This document shows positions 28,551-36,730 of a stretch of DNA of 41,051 bases, piece by piece (position 1 is the stretch's first letter; every line of letters begins with the position of its first letter). This DNA is from Planctomycetota bacterium. GTDB taxonomy: Bacteria > Planctomycetota > Planctomycetia > JALXBF01. The notes under the pieces are model-generated. The model had not been told where the DNA came from and ran no database searches. It saw nothing but the letters and a program-made list of their open reading frames with translations. The DNA lies in NCBI GenBank assembly GCA_026991575.1, contig JALXBF010000138.1, positions 75,099 through 116,149 of the forward strand, read 5' to 3'. Both the position numbers and the translations under genes were made by a program.

Positions 28551-29735
28551 ATGGTGGTGCATGGGATGTCCCACGGTCCGAAGCAAACCGACGCCGGCCA
28601 CAGCGGTGTTCAACAGGAGCAGGCGCCGCAAGGCGCAACGGATCGGGACGCGTTACTTCGCCAACTGGCCGAGCCGGTGCAGGCGCTTGCCAACGCGCTG
28701 GTGACGCGTGGCTACCGCTCGTCCGCGGCTGGTGGGACGCTGGCACTCGTGGAGCAACTGGCTGCGGTCGAGTTGGTTCCTCAGGACCTGGCCGCGCGGT
28801 ACCGGGATCTCTACCACGCGGTGCGGTACGCGCCGACTGCCCCGGACGCTGCCGCCGTGCGCGACATCGCAGAAGCGATCGCCAACGCGCTGCCGTCCGT
28901 TGACACTGCGGTCGCGAAGCTGTGCCGGTCGCAAGCGGTTGCGTCCGAGTCTGGGCCGCCGGCGGCGGAGCATGTTCAGGCGACGCCGCGCCGTGGTGCG
29001 GGCTGGAGCAGGCCCCCATATCAGCCGACGACGTCGACGGACGTGGCGCTGCTGGAAGCGGAAGCGCCGCGGCGGGTGACCGTTGATGCACGCATCTGGC
29101 GCCGCTTCCTGCTCAGCCTGTTGATCTGTGCGCTACTACTCGGTTGGTCGGCTACCGTGGCGGCCGTTACCTTCTACTTCCACGAACCGCTGGCCCGTCT
29201 GGCCTACCGGATCAAGCACGGCCGCTGGCCCAGGCCGGCCGTGGATCGCTACACGCAACAGTTGCTCGAACGGGTCAGTGCTCCGGAGCTTTCCGAGGAG
29301 GAGCGGGCCAGGGTGATGCTGGAGCTCGCACAGCGCTTCTATGAGCTGGGCGAGTGGGTGAAGGCCGAGCACTTCTACCGGGCCGCGCTTGAACGGCGAC
29401 CAAACGACCCGGAGATCATGAACAACCTTGCGTGGCTCCTGTTAACACGCGGCGACCGCTGGTTCCAGGATGTCAAACAAGGATTTCGGCTAGCCAAGCG
29501 CGCCGCAGAGCTCAAGCCGGCCCCACACATTCGGGACACGCTAGCGGAGGCCTACTACTTGATGGGCCAGTATGAGGAGGCGGTGCGGATCGAGGAAGGG
29601 GTGCTCCGTGACGAACCAGGCAATCCGTTCTACAAGGAGCAGCTGAAGAAGTTCCGGCGAGCGTTGGAGGCGGCGCGGGGCAAGAAGGCGAACGGCCAGG
29701 GGGAGCAGCCGGGCCGTGGCCACGAGCCGGTCTGA
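28551..29735 (+). CDS. Bitopic membrane protein: DUF4129-like N-terminal helical domain, TM helix, C-terminal TPR repeats
   Basis: YRDLYHAVRYAP motif, TM FLLSLLICALLLGWSATVAAVTFYF, TPRs (AEHFYRAALERRPNDPEIMNNLAW, DTLAEAYYLMGQYEEAV). Start uncertain (28551 or 28566). Confidence 0.75.
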   Translation: MVVHGMSHGPKQTDAGHSGVQQEQAPQGATDRDALLRQLAEPVQALANALVTRGYRSSAAGGTLALVEQLAAVELVPQDLAARYRDLYHAVRYAPTAPDAAAVRDIAEAIANALPSVDTAVAKLCRSQAVASESGPPAAEHVQATPRRGAGWSRPPYQPTTSTDVALLEAEAPRRVTVDARIWRRFLLSLLICALLLGWSATVAAVTFYFHEPLARLAYRIKHGRWPRPAVDRYTQQLLERVSAPELSEEERARVMLELAQRFYELGEWVKAEHFYRAALERRPNDPEIMNNLAWLLLTRGDRWFQDVKQGFRLAKRAAELKPAPHIRDTLAEAYYLMGQYEEAVRIEEGVLRDEPGNPFYKEQLKKFRRALEAARGKKANGQGEQPGRGHEPV

Positions 29736-29750
29736 CCAGCCCGCGTCCGG

Positions 29751-30476
29751 TCACTCCAGCCATGCCCGCAACTCATACCACAGCGCCCCGATCAGCTCAT
29801 GTGCCAGCCACTCATTGCGTCGAATCGTGGTGCCGTCCGGCAGGAGTTCGTGCCACAGAGGGGATGCCGTGACGAAGTCGCACGCCGCAGGGATGACGCT
29901 CAAGCCTTGCCTGCGGAACGCGCGCGCCGCACGCGGCATATGGTAGACCTGAGTTACCAGGACAATCCGGTGCCACCCTCGCTCTTTCAGCAGTCTGGCC
30001 GAAAAGCGCGCGTTCTGCCACGTGTTCCGCGCCCGCCGCTCAAGAACGATACGGTCGCGCGGCACACCCAGGGCCATCAGCAGATCTGCCATTACCTCTG
30101 CTTCGCCACCACCACCGGTCACCACCACCGGCCTGCCGCGCAGTGTCGCATACAGCCGGGCAGCATGGAGGCAGCGCAGATACGTCTTGTGGCTGGCTTG
30201 CAGTTTCCGCGGCTGGTGCGGCTCCCCCGAGTAGACGCCGCCCCCCAGCACAACGATCGCCTGCGCAGTTGCTGCCTCAGCCGGGAGCGGTTCGTAGAGG
30301 CGCTCAATGGGCCAGACCGCCAGCCAATGCACCGGCGGAAGGGACCAGAGCAGGATGCCGATCACGCCGGCGACAGCCAGACGCATCGCACGCCTGTTAC
30401 CGCGACGGAGCCCGAACCAGGCCCCCAACAAAGCCACGACCAGCAGCGCCGGAAAGACTGGCTGGGTGTAAGTCAA
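29751..30476 (-). CDS. YdcF/ElyC (DUF218) family envelope protein
   Basis: Two N-terminal TMs, AIVVLGGG, VVTGGG, EAEVMA, E.RARNTWQNA, LVTQVYHMPRA, HELIG. TTG start at 30476 lies 7 nt after GGAGAG. Confidence 0.88.
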   Translation of the reverse strand: MTYTQPVFPALLVVALLGAWFGLRRGNRRAMRLAVAGVIGILLWSLPPVHWLAVWPIERLYEPLPAEAATAQAIVVLGGGVYSGEPHQPRKLQASHKTYLRCLHAARLYATLRGRPVVVTGGGGEAEVMADLLMALGVPRDRIVLERRARNTWQNARFSARLLKERGWHRIVLVTQVYHMPRAARAFRRQGLSVIPAACDFVTASPLWHELLPDGTTIRRNEWLAHELIGALWYELRAWLE

Positions 30477-30753
30477 GCGTACACTCTCCCCAGATGTTAC
30501 CGATGCAGGGTGAAACCCACGCTGCCGCCACACGCACGGCCATCGAACCGACACGCGTCGCGCTCGGGCAAGGGTACGTTTGTATGCCTCCGGCCTTGGC
30601 ACGGCCATGCCACCGGCTCGAGGCGAGAGTGCGGGGCTGCATTACGGGCCCGCCGGTGAGCCGGAACGGAGCACCACCTGCGCTACGTCCCGCCGGAAGT
30701 GGTCATCGAGGGCGGCTTCCCGCCGGAACGGCGCCGCCTACGCCATAACCGGA

Positions 30754-32199
30754 CTACCCTGCCTCCTCAAGCTCCTCACGTAACGTTTTCAACCCGCTCA
30801 TGTAGAAGTGCCACTCCTGTTCGAGCTTGCTCAGGTCCTTACCGAAGACTTCTTTGAACACTTTCAGCAGCAGTTCCTCGGGCAGAGGCATATCTGCCGG
30901 GAGTCTGGACAGGGCGTCATAGTATTCCATGAACTTGTCGAACTTCTTGTTCATCAAGAAATGGGTGAGGGCCCAGGATGGTCCGTAAGCTGCGTCCTTG
31001 GCGGCGACCGTTGCAGCACGCGTGAAGATGCGGTCGCTGGTGATGAATTCGAGGGTGCAGATATCCTTGAGCTTCTTGAGAGCGCGATAGGTCTCTATCC
31101 GCCGTTCATTAACGGCACCGATACCCGCCCAAGCAGCGTCACCCGGTGTTTCGAAGAATGCCGCGAGCCCTTCGTGGACCCAGATTGGCGTGGACACCTG
31201 CGGCGGCAGCAGACCGCTGTTTCCGGCAAGCTGATGACACCCTTCGTGGGTTACCACTTCGATTTCATCGCCTTCGAAAATGATATCCAGAAGCAGTTTC
31301 AAGCTGTTGTGCCTGCGGATCAGTTCGCCGGTGCCCGGAGCGCGTTGCCGTTTTGCCTCCTCTATTTCTTTCTCTTGCTCGCGCAGTAACTTGCGCAGCT
31401 CCTTGCGGAATTCCGTCGTGTCCTGGGCGTAGTAGACGGCCACGTTGTGGAACGAAGACCAGAAGCCGGCGGCCATGCGCAGTTCGGGATCCGTGCGGTT
31501 GACCATGAGCATGTAGTTGTCGTAGTCGCCGTACAGAGTTACCATTAGCTTCTGGTCGGGGAAGTCGAGCTCTCGGCCCTTCAAGTAGAACCAAAGATAG
31601 AAGCTCTCGTAGACCTGTTCCATCAACTCCAGGCGAATCTGCGCCCGTTCCTTGCCAGGAGGATCGTGTGCCAGGAGGTAGTGGTCACTGGTGATGAATT
31701 CCATGCCGCTGCCGACAACTTCGATGATGTGCTCGCGCTGGCCGGGTTTTTCAGGAAGCGGCTGCTTGACCTTTTGCCAGAACGCCTTCAGTTTCTGCAC
31801 CCTTTCGTCATCGGGTGCTTTCTCTTCCATGACTGCGAGAACTTCCTCGAAATGTTGCTTCGTGAGTCCGCGCTGCGCCACCCAGAGAGCCAGCTCGAAG
31901 CAATCATCCAGGGTGCCTTTGCGTGCCGCCTTGAGTTTCCGGTTGTAAAGCTGCTTGCGTGACGGCGCCTTGATGATCTCATCGACGTAGGCGGTTTCGC
32001 CCGTGGCATTCAGCTTGAGGATCAGCTTCCGCTTCAGGTCCGGCAGGTCGATCGAGACCATCCGGCCCGGCAGCACGCGGGCTCGTCCTTCGATCCAGTG
32101 CGGGTGCCCCAGAATCATCAGCCGGATGTAGTCGGCCTGAGCTGAACTGACAAATATCAGACACGCTGACAGGGCCAGCGCTAGCGCCCGCCACATCAT
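30754..32199 (-). CDS. Exported DUF1570-like zinc metallopeptidase (gluzincin)
   Basis: Signal peptide ending AQA, VTHEGCHQL..NSGL, PIWVHEGLAAFFE, AYGPSWALTHFL. ATGA coupling to the upstream stop. Confidence 0.82.
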   Translation of the reverse strand: MMWRALALALSACLIFVSSAQADYIRLMILGHPHWIEGRARVLPGRMVSIDLPDLKRKLILKLNATGETAYVDEIIKAPSRKQLYNRKLKAARKGTLDDCFELALWVAQRGLTKQHFEEVLAVMEEKAPDDERVQKLKAFWQKVKQPLPEKPGQREHIIEVVGSGMEFITSDHYLLAHDPPGKERAQIRLELMEQVYESFYLWFYLKGRELDFPDQKLMVTLYGDYDNYMLMVNRTDPELRMAAGFWSSFHNVAVYYAQDTTEFRKELRKLLREQEKEIEEAKRQRAPGTGELIRRHNSLKLLLDIIFEGDEIEVVTHEGCHQLAGNSGLLPPQVSTPIWVHEGLAAFFETPGDAAWAGIGAVNERRIETYRALKKLKDICTLEFITSDRIFTRAATVAAKDAAYGPSWALTHFLMNKKFDKFMEYYDALSRLPADMPLPEELLLKVFKEVFGKDLSKLEQEWHFYMSGLKTLREELEEAG

Positions 32200-34565
32200 T
32201 GCTGACCGCCTCCACCTTGTGGGGTCTGCTTCAGGGTTCCGGTGCTGACCTTGAGCCCGTTGTCCAGCGTTTCGTCCGCAAGCGTCAGTTCCACACGCTC
32301 GCCGCCGGCGATCGTACACAGGGCTTCGAACACTTTGCTATCGATCGACTTGCTCAGGAACCGCACCGATCCGTCGGCCATCAGCACGTAGACTCCCTCG
32401 GGATCACCCGGAGAGCCAAACGCACCGGTGACGCAAATGTATGGTGCCCGCTGGGCGGGCCGCACGGACGCACCGCCGCCGACTGCCCACGGACCATAAA
32501 CGTCATAAACCTCGATGAGCAAGATTGTGTGGCTGGATCCGTCCTTGATATCGCTGGCCTTCGTGGTCCGGTCGTAGCCAAAGATTCCGGCTCGAGGATG
32601 GTCGGCTGGGAGCCGTGGTGCGTCGTAGCCGACACCGGCCATGCCGACGAAGTGGGTAAGGGCCAGACCGAGGTACGGGTCACTCTGGCCACGACGCACA
32701 GGTACGCGCGGATCGAGGAATTCGTCGATAACGGTCATGGCGGCGCGGATGTTAACTGGGTCGCTCCACGGTTTCTGCAGGTCAAGGCTGTCGTGGAGGT
32801 TTTGCCGCCCAATGTACGGCAAGATGTGCACGAACCAGCTGAATCGCCGGAAGTAAAGCTCGCCGTAGCCCTTCAGCCTTGAGGCCTTGACCTTGATCGT
32901 CCCTGCCGGGAAGACCTGTTTATGGTCTGTCAGGTAGTGACCAATCCCGCTGCGAAGCCGGTCCAACGAGCCGGAGTAAGGCCAGCTCAGTGTTACGTCG
33001 CTGGCAAGTGCGGCCGACAGGGGATTGGTGAGCAGTTCCAGGCGGTTGGTGATCCAGTCCTGGCTGGTGGGGACCTTGGTCCGCACAACGACGACGTTCC
33101 CGCTCTGGTGCACGCTGGCATCGCGCCAGATGCCGGCCAGCGCGGCGACAGCCCCGGCAAACTGGCTGCGGCGGTAGCGTGCTGGATCTTCTACCTCGTT
33201 CTTGCGCTGGCCGCGGCGCCTGGCTTGCTCACTCTTGCGCACGTCCTCTTGCAGACGGCGGGCAAAATCGGGCAGGCCACCCATCCACCGGGCGAACGTC
33301 TCGGCTTCGCCTTTGGTCTTGCACTCAAAGAGCAGTTCGAGCGTAGCGTTTCGCTGGGCCACTCTCAGGACCATGCCGGTGTTGACCGGCCGCTGCATGG
33401 CGTCGCGGATCTCCTCCCGCTGCCGCTCCACGACAAACGACAGAGCCTTGGTCAGCTCCGATCGCATCAAGTCTGAGGGCAGCCACAGGAACGCCGGTAC
33501 GGTGGCCAGCTCGTTCTTAAGCATCTGCTGTAGGACCTTCGGCCAGGGAGGATTGCTTGCTGAGCTGGCCGCCTGTAGCGCCTCAGAGACCAACGTTTTC
33601 GAGCCGGCGAGCATCTGGACCGGGGATGGGAACGCGACCGCGTTGGGGGCGCCGTCCGGGGCCCGGCTGGGTAGTACGTAGATCGGCACATCCACCACCG
33701 GCTCGGCCTGCTTGGCCCGCCACTGCGTGACGACGCGCTGGACGGAGATCGGCTTGGCGGTTTCGTAAGCGACGAGGGTGGCTTTGTCCCGGCCGACGAT
33801 CCACAACTCGGTCACCTCACCAATCAGTGGCGTGACCGGCTGTAGAAGCGGGGACAGTGCTGCCTGCAGTTCTTCGTACCAGATCGCCTCCTGTGGCAGG
33901 GCCTTCAGGTTGAAGTGGCCCAGGACCGCAGCATTAGCGGGCGTAAAACGCATGAGGGGACGCTTCTGCGCGGGGGCATGGGGTTGTTGGCCCGCGGGCG
34001 GGCCAGCTTGGGCTGGTGGCTGGTTGGCTGCCGGCGGCTTGGCTTGGGCAGCAGGCGGCTGCCCCTGTGACGGCGGCAGTCCTTGTTGCAGAGCACGCTC
34101 ACCGGGACTTGTTGCACCGGCCACTGGCGAGGGGGACGGCAAGGTTGTCCTCGTCGGTTCATTCCTGCCGCCCGACAGCGCGATGACTGCGATGATCACG
34201 AGCGTCAGAACGGCGACGGCGCCCCCGCCGCCAAGACCGAGCCAGAGGGCTAGGTTGGGTGAGCCCTTTTGCTGTTTTCTCCTCCGCGCGCGCTGCCGCG
34301 TGACCCCTGCGGCTGGAAGTGCCGGACCGGTCGCCGCAGCGGCTGCGTCCATCAGCTCGCTCGGGATGCCGGCCCCAAAGACGTCATCCAGACCGGATGC
34401 CCCTGAGGCTGCATCCGTGGCGGTCTGCTGCGCTGGAGCCGATCCACCGCCAGGGCTGCCCGGAGTAAACACCGTTCGACAAGAGGCAACCGGACAGCGT
34501 ACCGGCCGTCCTACGGCCTGAACCTTAAGCTTCTTGCCGCAGCCGGGGCAGATCACGATCGGCAT
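32196..34565 (-). CDS. Zinc-ribbon / TM / extracytoplasmic domain / DUF1559 fusion protein
   Basis: N-terminal CPGC..CPVASC, TM LWLGLGGGGAVAVLTLVIIAVIAL, C-terminal DUF1559 hallmarks (FPAG, SWFVHILPY, IKDGSSHTILLIE, LMADGSVRFL, ALCTIAGGE). SD GGGAG. Confidence 0.82.
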   Translation of the reverse strand: MPIVICPGCGKKLKVQAVGRPVRCPVASCRTVFTPGSPGGGSAPAQQTATDAASGASGLDDVFGAGIPSELMDAAAAATGPALPAAGVTRQRARRRKQQKGSPNLALWLGLGGGGAVAVLTLVIIAVIALSGGRNEPTRTTLPSPSPVAGATSPGERALQQGLPPSQGQPPAAQAKPPAANQPPAQAGPPAGQQPHAPAQKRPLMRFTPANAAVLGHFNLKALPQEAIWYEELQAALSPLLQPVTPLIGEVTELWIVGRDKATLVAYETAKPISVQRVVTQWRAKQAEPVVDVPIYVLPSRAPDGAPNAVAFPSPVQMLAGSKTLVSEALQAASSASNPPWPKVLQQMLKNELATVPAFLWLPSDLMRSELTKALSFVVERQREEIRDAMQRPVNTGMVLRVAQRNATLELLFECKTKGEAETFARWMGGLPDFARRLQEDVRKSEQARRRGQRKNEVEDPARYRRSQFAGAVAALAGIWRDASVHQSGNVVVVRTKVPTSQDWITNRLELLTNPLSAALASDVTLSWPYSGSLDRLRSGIGHYLTDHKQVFPAGTIKVKASRLKGYGELYFRRFSWFVHILPYIGRQNLHDSLDLQKPWSDPVNIRAAMTVIDEFLDPRVPVRRGQSDPYLGLALTHFVGMAGVGYDAPRLPADHPRAGIFGYDRTTKASDIKDGSSHTILLIEVYDVYGPWAVGGGASVRPAQRAPYICVTGAFGSPGDPEGVYVLMADGSVRFLSKSIDSKVFEALCTIAGGERVELTLADETLDNGLKVSTGTLKQTPQGGGGQQ

Positions 34566-34733
34566 GGCTGACTCCCGTACGCATGAAGCCGTACCGCTGC
34601 CTGCGTCGGGCGCATTGCGCTCTGACCCGGGAACGGCTCAGTCTGAGGTGGGACCCACGCACCAGTCTGCAACCAACCGATGCGTCGAAGCCGTCGTGGC
34701 GGGCGTTGTCCCTTCAACCGCCGCATGCCCGTG

Positions 34734-35555
34734 TCACTCGCGCCGCTGCGAGCCCTTGCACAAGCGCTCGTAGTAATCGTACAGGCCCAGCTCACGCAAT
34801 TCCTCGGCAATCATCTCCTGGGAATCCGTGCCGAGCGACTGGCGAACCTCTGCCACAATATGCATCAACAGCTTGGCCCGTGCGCGTTCCAGGAGCTTGC
34901 GGTAGTACGTTTCATTCACCTCCTTGCCGATGTGCCGGGACAGACGCGCGGCAAGCTCGTTGGATCGGGCACGCGGGTAGCGGTGCTTCAGCCGCAAAGC
35001 CACGAAGTAGATGGGCACCTTCTTCTTGCGTTCCTCGTCGGCGAACCGCTGCCAGGCAGCCTCCAGCAACTGCTTCTTCCACTCGCGCGTGAACCGATCC
35101 TCCAGATCTGCGTCCCGTGCGCCCATTGTGTCGAGCAACTCCGGCGACCGCCAGCGAGCAAACCAGCGCTTGCGCTTGCGGTGGTAGTCGGCAACCAGAT
35201 TGTCCAGGATGCCTTTGATGTAGTACCGGAACGGCCCCCGCGGCTTCTTGGTCCCGATCTTCTTCTCGATGAACTGGATCATGAACTCCTGGAACACGTC
35301 CTGGACCGCATCGGCTGACGGAAGCCGCGAGTGCAGATAGCGGAGGATCGCGCGCCGGTACCGCATGACGACTTCCGTCATCGCCTCCTTGGCCTTGTCG
35401 TCAGAGCCGTAGGCAGCCTTCAACACACTCCAGTGCGTACTGATCTGGCCCAGCTGATCCGGCGGATGGCTCTGCTCCACCTCGGGAGCCAGCTCAAACG
35501 AGGCCCCGTCCAGATGCGCCGGAGCTGGATTGCTGTCGTAGATCTGATCGAGCAT
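34734..35555 (-). CDS. ECF-type RNA polymerase sigma factor (planctomycete TxWS type)
   Basis: ISTHWS, RYRRAILRYL, AVQDVFQEF, GPFRYYIK..NLVADYHR, FTREW, HTH region ELAARL..YRKLLERARAK. Alternative GTG start at 35621. Confidence 0.82.
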   Translation of the reverse strand: MLDQIYDSNPAPAHLDGASFELAPEVEQSHPPDQLGQISTHWSVLKAAYGSDDKAKEAMTEVVMRYRRAILRYLHSRLPSADAVQDVFQEFMIQFIEKKIGTKKPRGPFRYYIKGILDNLVADYHRKRKRWFARWRSPELLDTMGARDADLEDRFTREWKKQLLEAAWQRFADEERKKKVPIYFVALRLKHRYPRARSNELAARLSRHIGKEVNETYYRKLLERARAKLLMHIVAEVRQSLGTDSQEMIAEELRELGLYDYYERLCKGSQRRE

Positions 35556-35669
35556 AGCGCTACGCGCACCCTCGTAACCTCCCGGGTGAAGCTCCGCTTC
35601 CAACCCCGGTGTCAAGTTCACACCCCAGTGCTTCTCCCCAGCACTACCACACTATCCCGCTAAGCTACC

Positions 35670-35697
35670 AGCTTATCCGCTCTGCGATCCCTGTCAA
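35670..35697 (-). promoter_or_regulatory. Putative sigma70 promoter of the ECF sigma gene
   Basis: Perfect TTGACA (35697-35692), 16-nt spacer, TAAGCT (35675-35670). Confidence 0.55.
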
Positions 35698-35938
35698 GGG
35701 GCAAATCCCGTACCACGTACCCACCAGTACCTAACGCCGCTTTCCCCCACCCTCCGGCGGCCCATCCCGGGGTCCCGCTCCCTCTGCCATCGACCCGCCC
35801 CAGGACGCCTCCAAGCAGCGTTTGCCAGCAAGTCGCACCGGGTTGCGTTCAGCCAGGCACCACAGCACTCGGTCGGCTCGCCTGCCGGTGCCAATCGACC
35901 CGAACCGCCCAACGTGTTGCCTGCAGGCAACAGCAGCG

Positions 35939-36571
35939 CTACCCGATGCGCTCGTAGCTACCCCGGAAGATCGGGCGCCCTTCCTTGCGATACTTCCGCT
36001 CAAAGTGCGTCAGGTAATCCAGGTCGTGCGTTGGCTCGTGTGGCGTTGGCGGGGGAAGCCTCCGCAAAGCGTCGGTCTCGTCGAGCAGCGTGAAAATCAC
36101 CTCCGCGTACTCGGCCACGTCCGTTGCCACGTGGAGCTTGCCCCCCGGCTCCAGCACGCGGACCACCTGAGCCACAAACTCAGGGGTGAACAACCTGCGC
36201 TTCTTGTGCCGCTTCTTCCACCACGGGTCCGGGAAATAGACGTGAACGGCCTGCACAGACGAACTCGGAATGCACTCCGCCAGCAAGAACCTTGCATCGG
36301 CTCGTGTCACACGCACGTTCCGCTCTACGCCGGCCTTCAGCACACGCTCTGCCGATGCCCGCGCATAGCGACCGCTCCAGTCGATGCCGAGGAAGTTGAC
36401 CTCCGGCCGCTCGCTGGCCGCCCGCACCAAGAACAGGCCCTTGCCGCAGCCGACATCCAGCTCCACGGGGTTATCGTTGCCGAACAGCAAGGCCCAGTCG
36501 ATCGGCCCGGTCAACTCCACGAGCACTCTCGCCAGTTCTTCGTCCGAGAATCGCGCCCTTCTGCGGCCCAT
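35939..36571 (-). CDS. trmB: tRNA (guanine-N7)-methyltransferase
   Basis: LFGNDNPVELDVGCGKGLF, NFLGID, FPDPWWKKRHKKRRL, ATDVAEYA, THFERKY. ATG 36571 with upstream AAAGGAG. The ORF-track extension overlaps the divergent gene and is rejected. Confidence 0.95.
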   Translation of the reverse strand: MGRRRARFSDEELARVLVELTGPIDWALLFGNDNPVELDVGCGKGLFLVRAASERPEVNFLGIDWSGRYARASAERVLKAGVERNVRVTRADARFLLAECIPSSSVQAVHVYFPDPWWKKRHKKRRLFTPEFVAQVVRVLEPGGKLHVATDVAEYAEVIFTLLDETDALRRLPPPTPHEPTHDLDYLTHFERKYRKEGRPIFRGSYERIG

Positions 36572-36730
36572 CCCGCTAACCGCTCCTTTGGCTATCGCTA
36601 AGCCGGGCCATCGGCCCGAGTTCTTCGCCCGCCACGCCCGGCGCTCGGTGCCCCCACGCATCTCGCTACACTGGGTATGGACCGTGGCATCGGCAGATCC
36701 CGACGGGTGCGTGACCCGAGGAGGTTCACC

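Noticed and set aside
30649..30753. CRISPR array
   Set aside because: The repeat core is only 7-11 nt with three copies, and there are no cas genes.
33170..33181. Perfect ops-like sequence GGCGGTAGCGTG
   Set aside because: It lies antisense within the DUF1559 gene coding region, not in a leader upstream of a plus-strand operon. Likely chance in GC-rich DNA.
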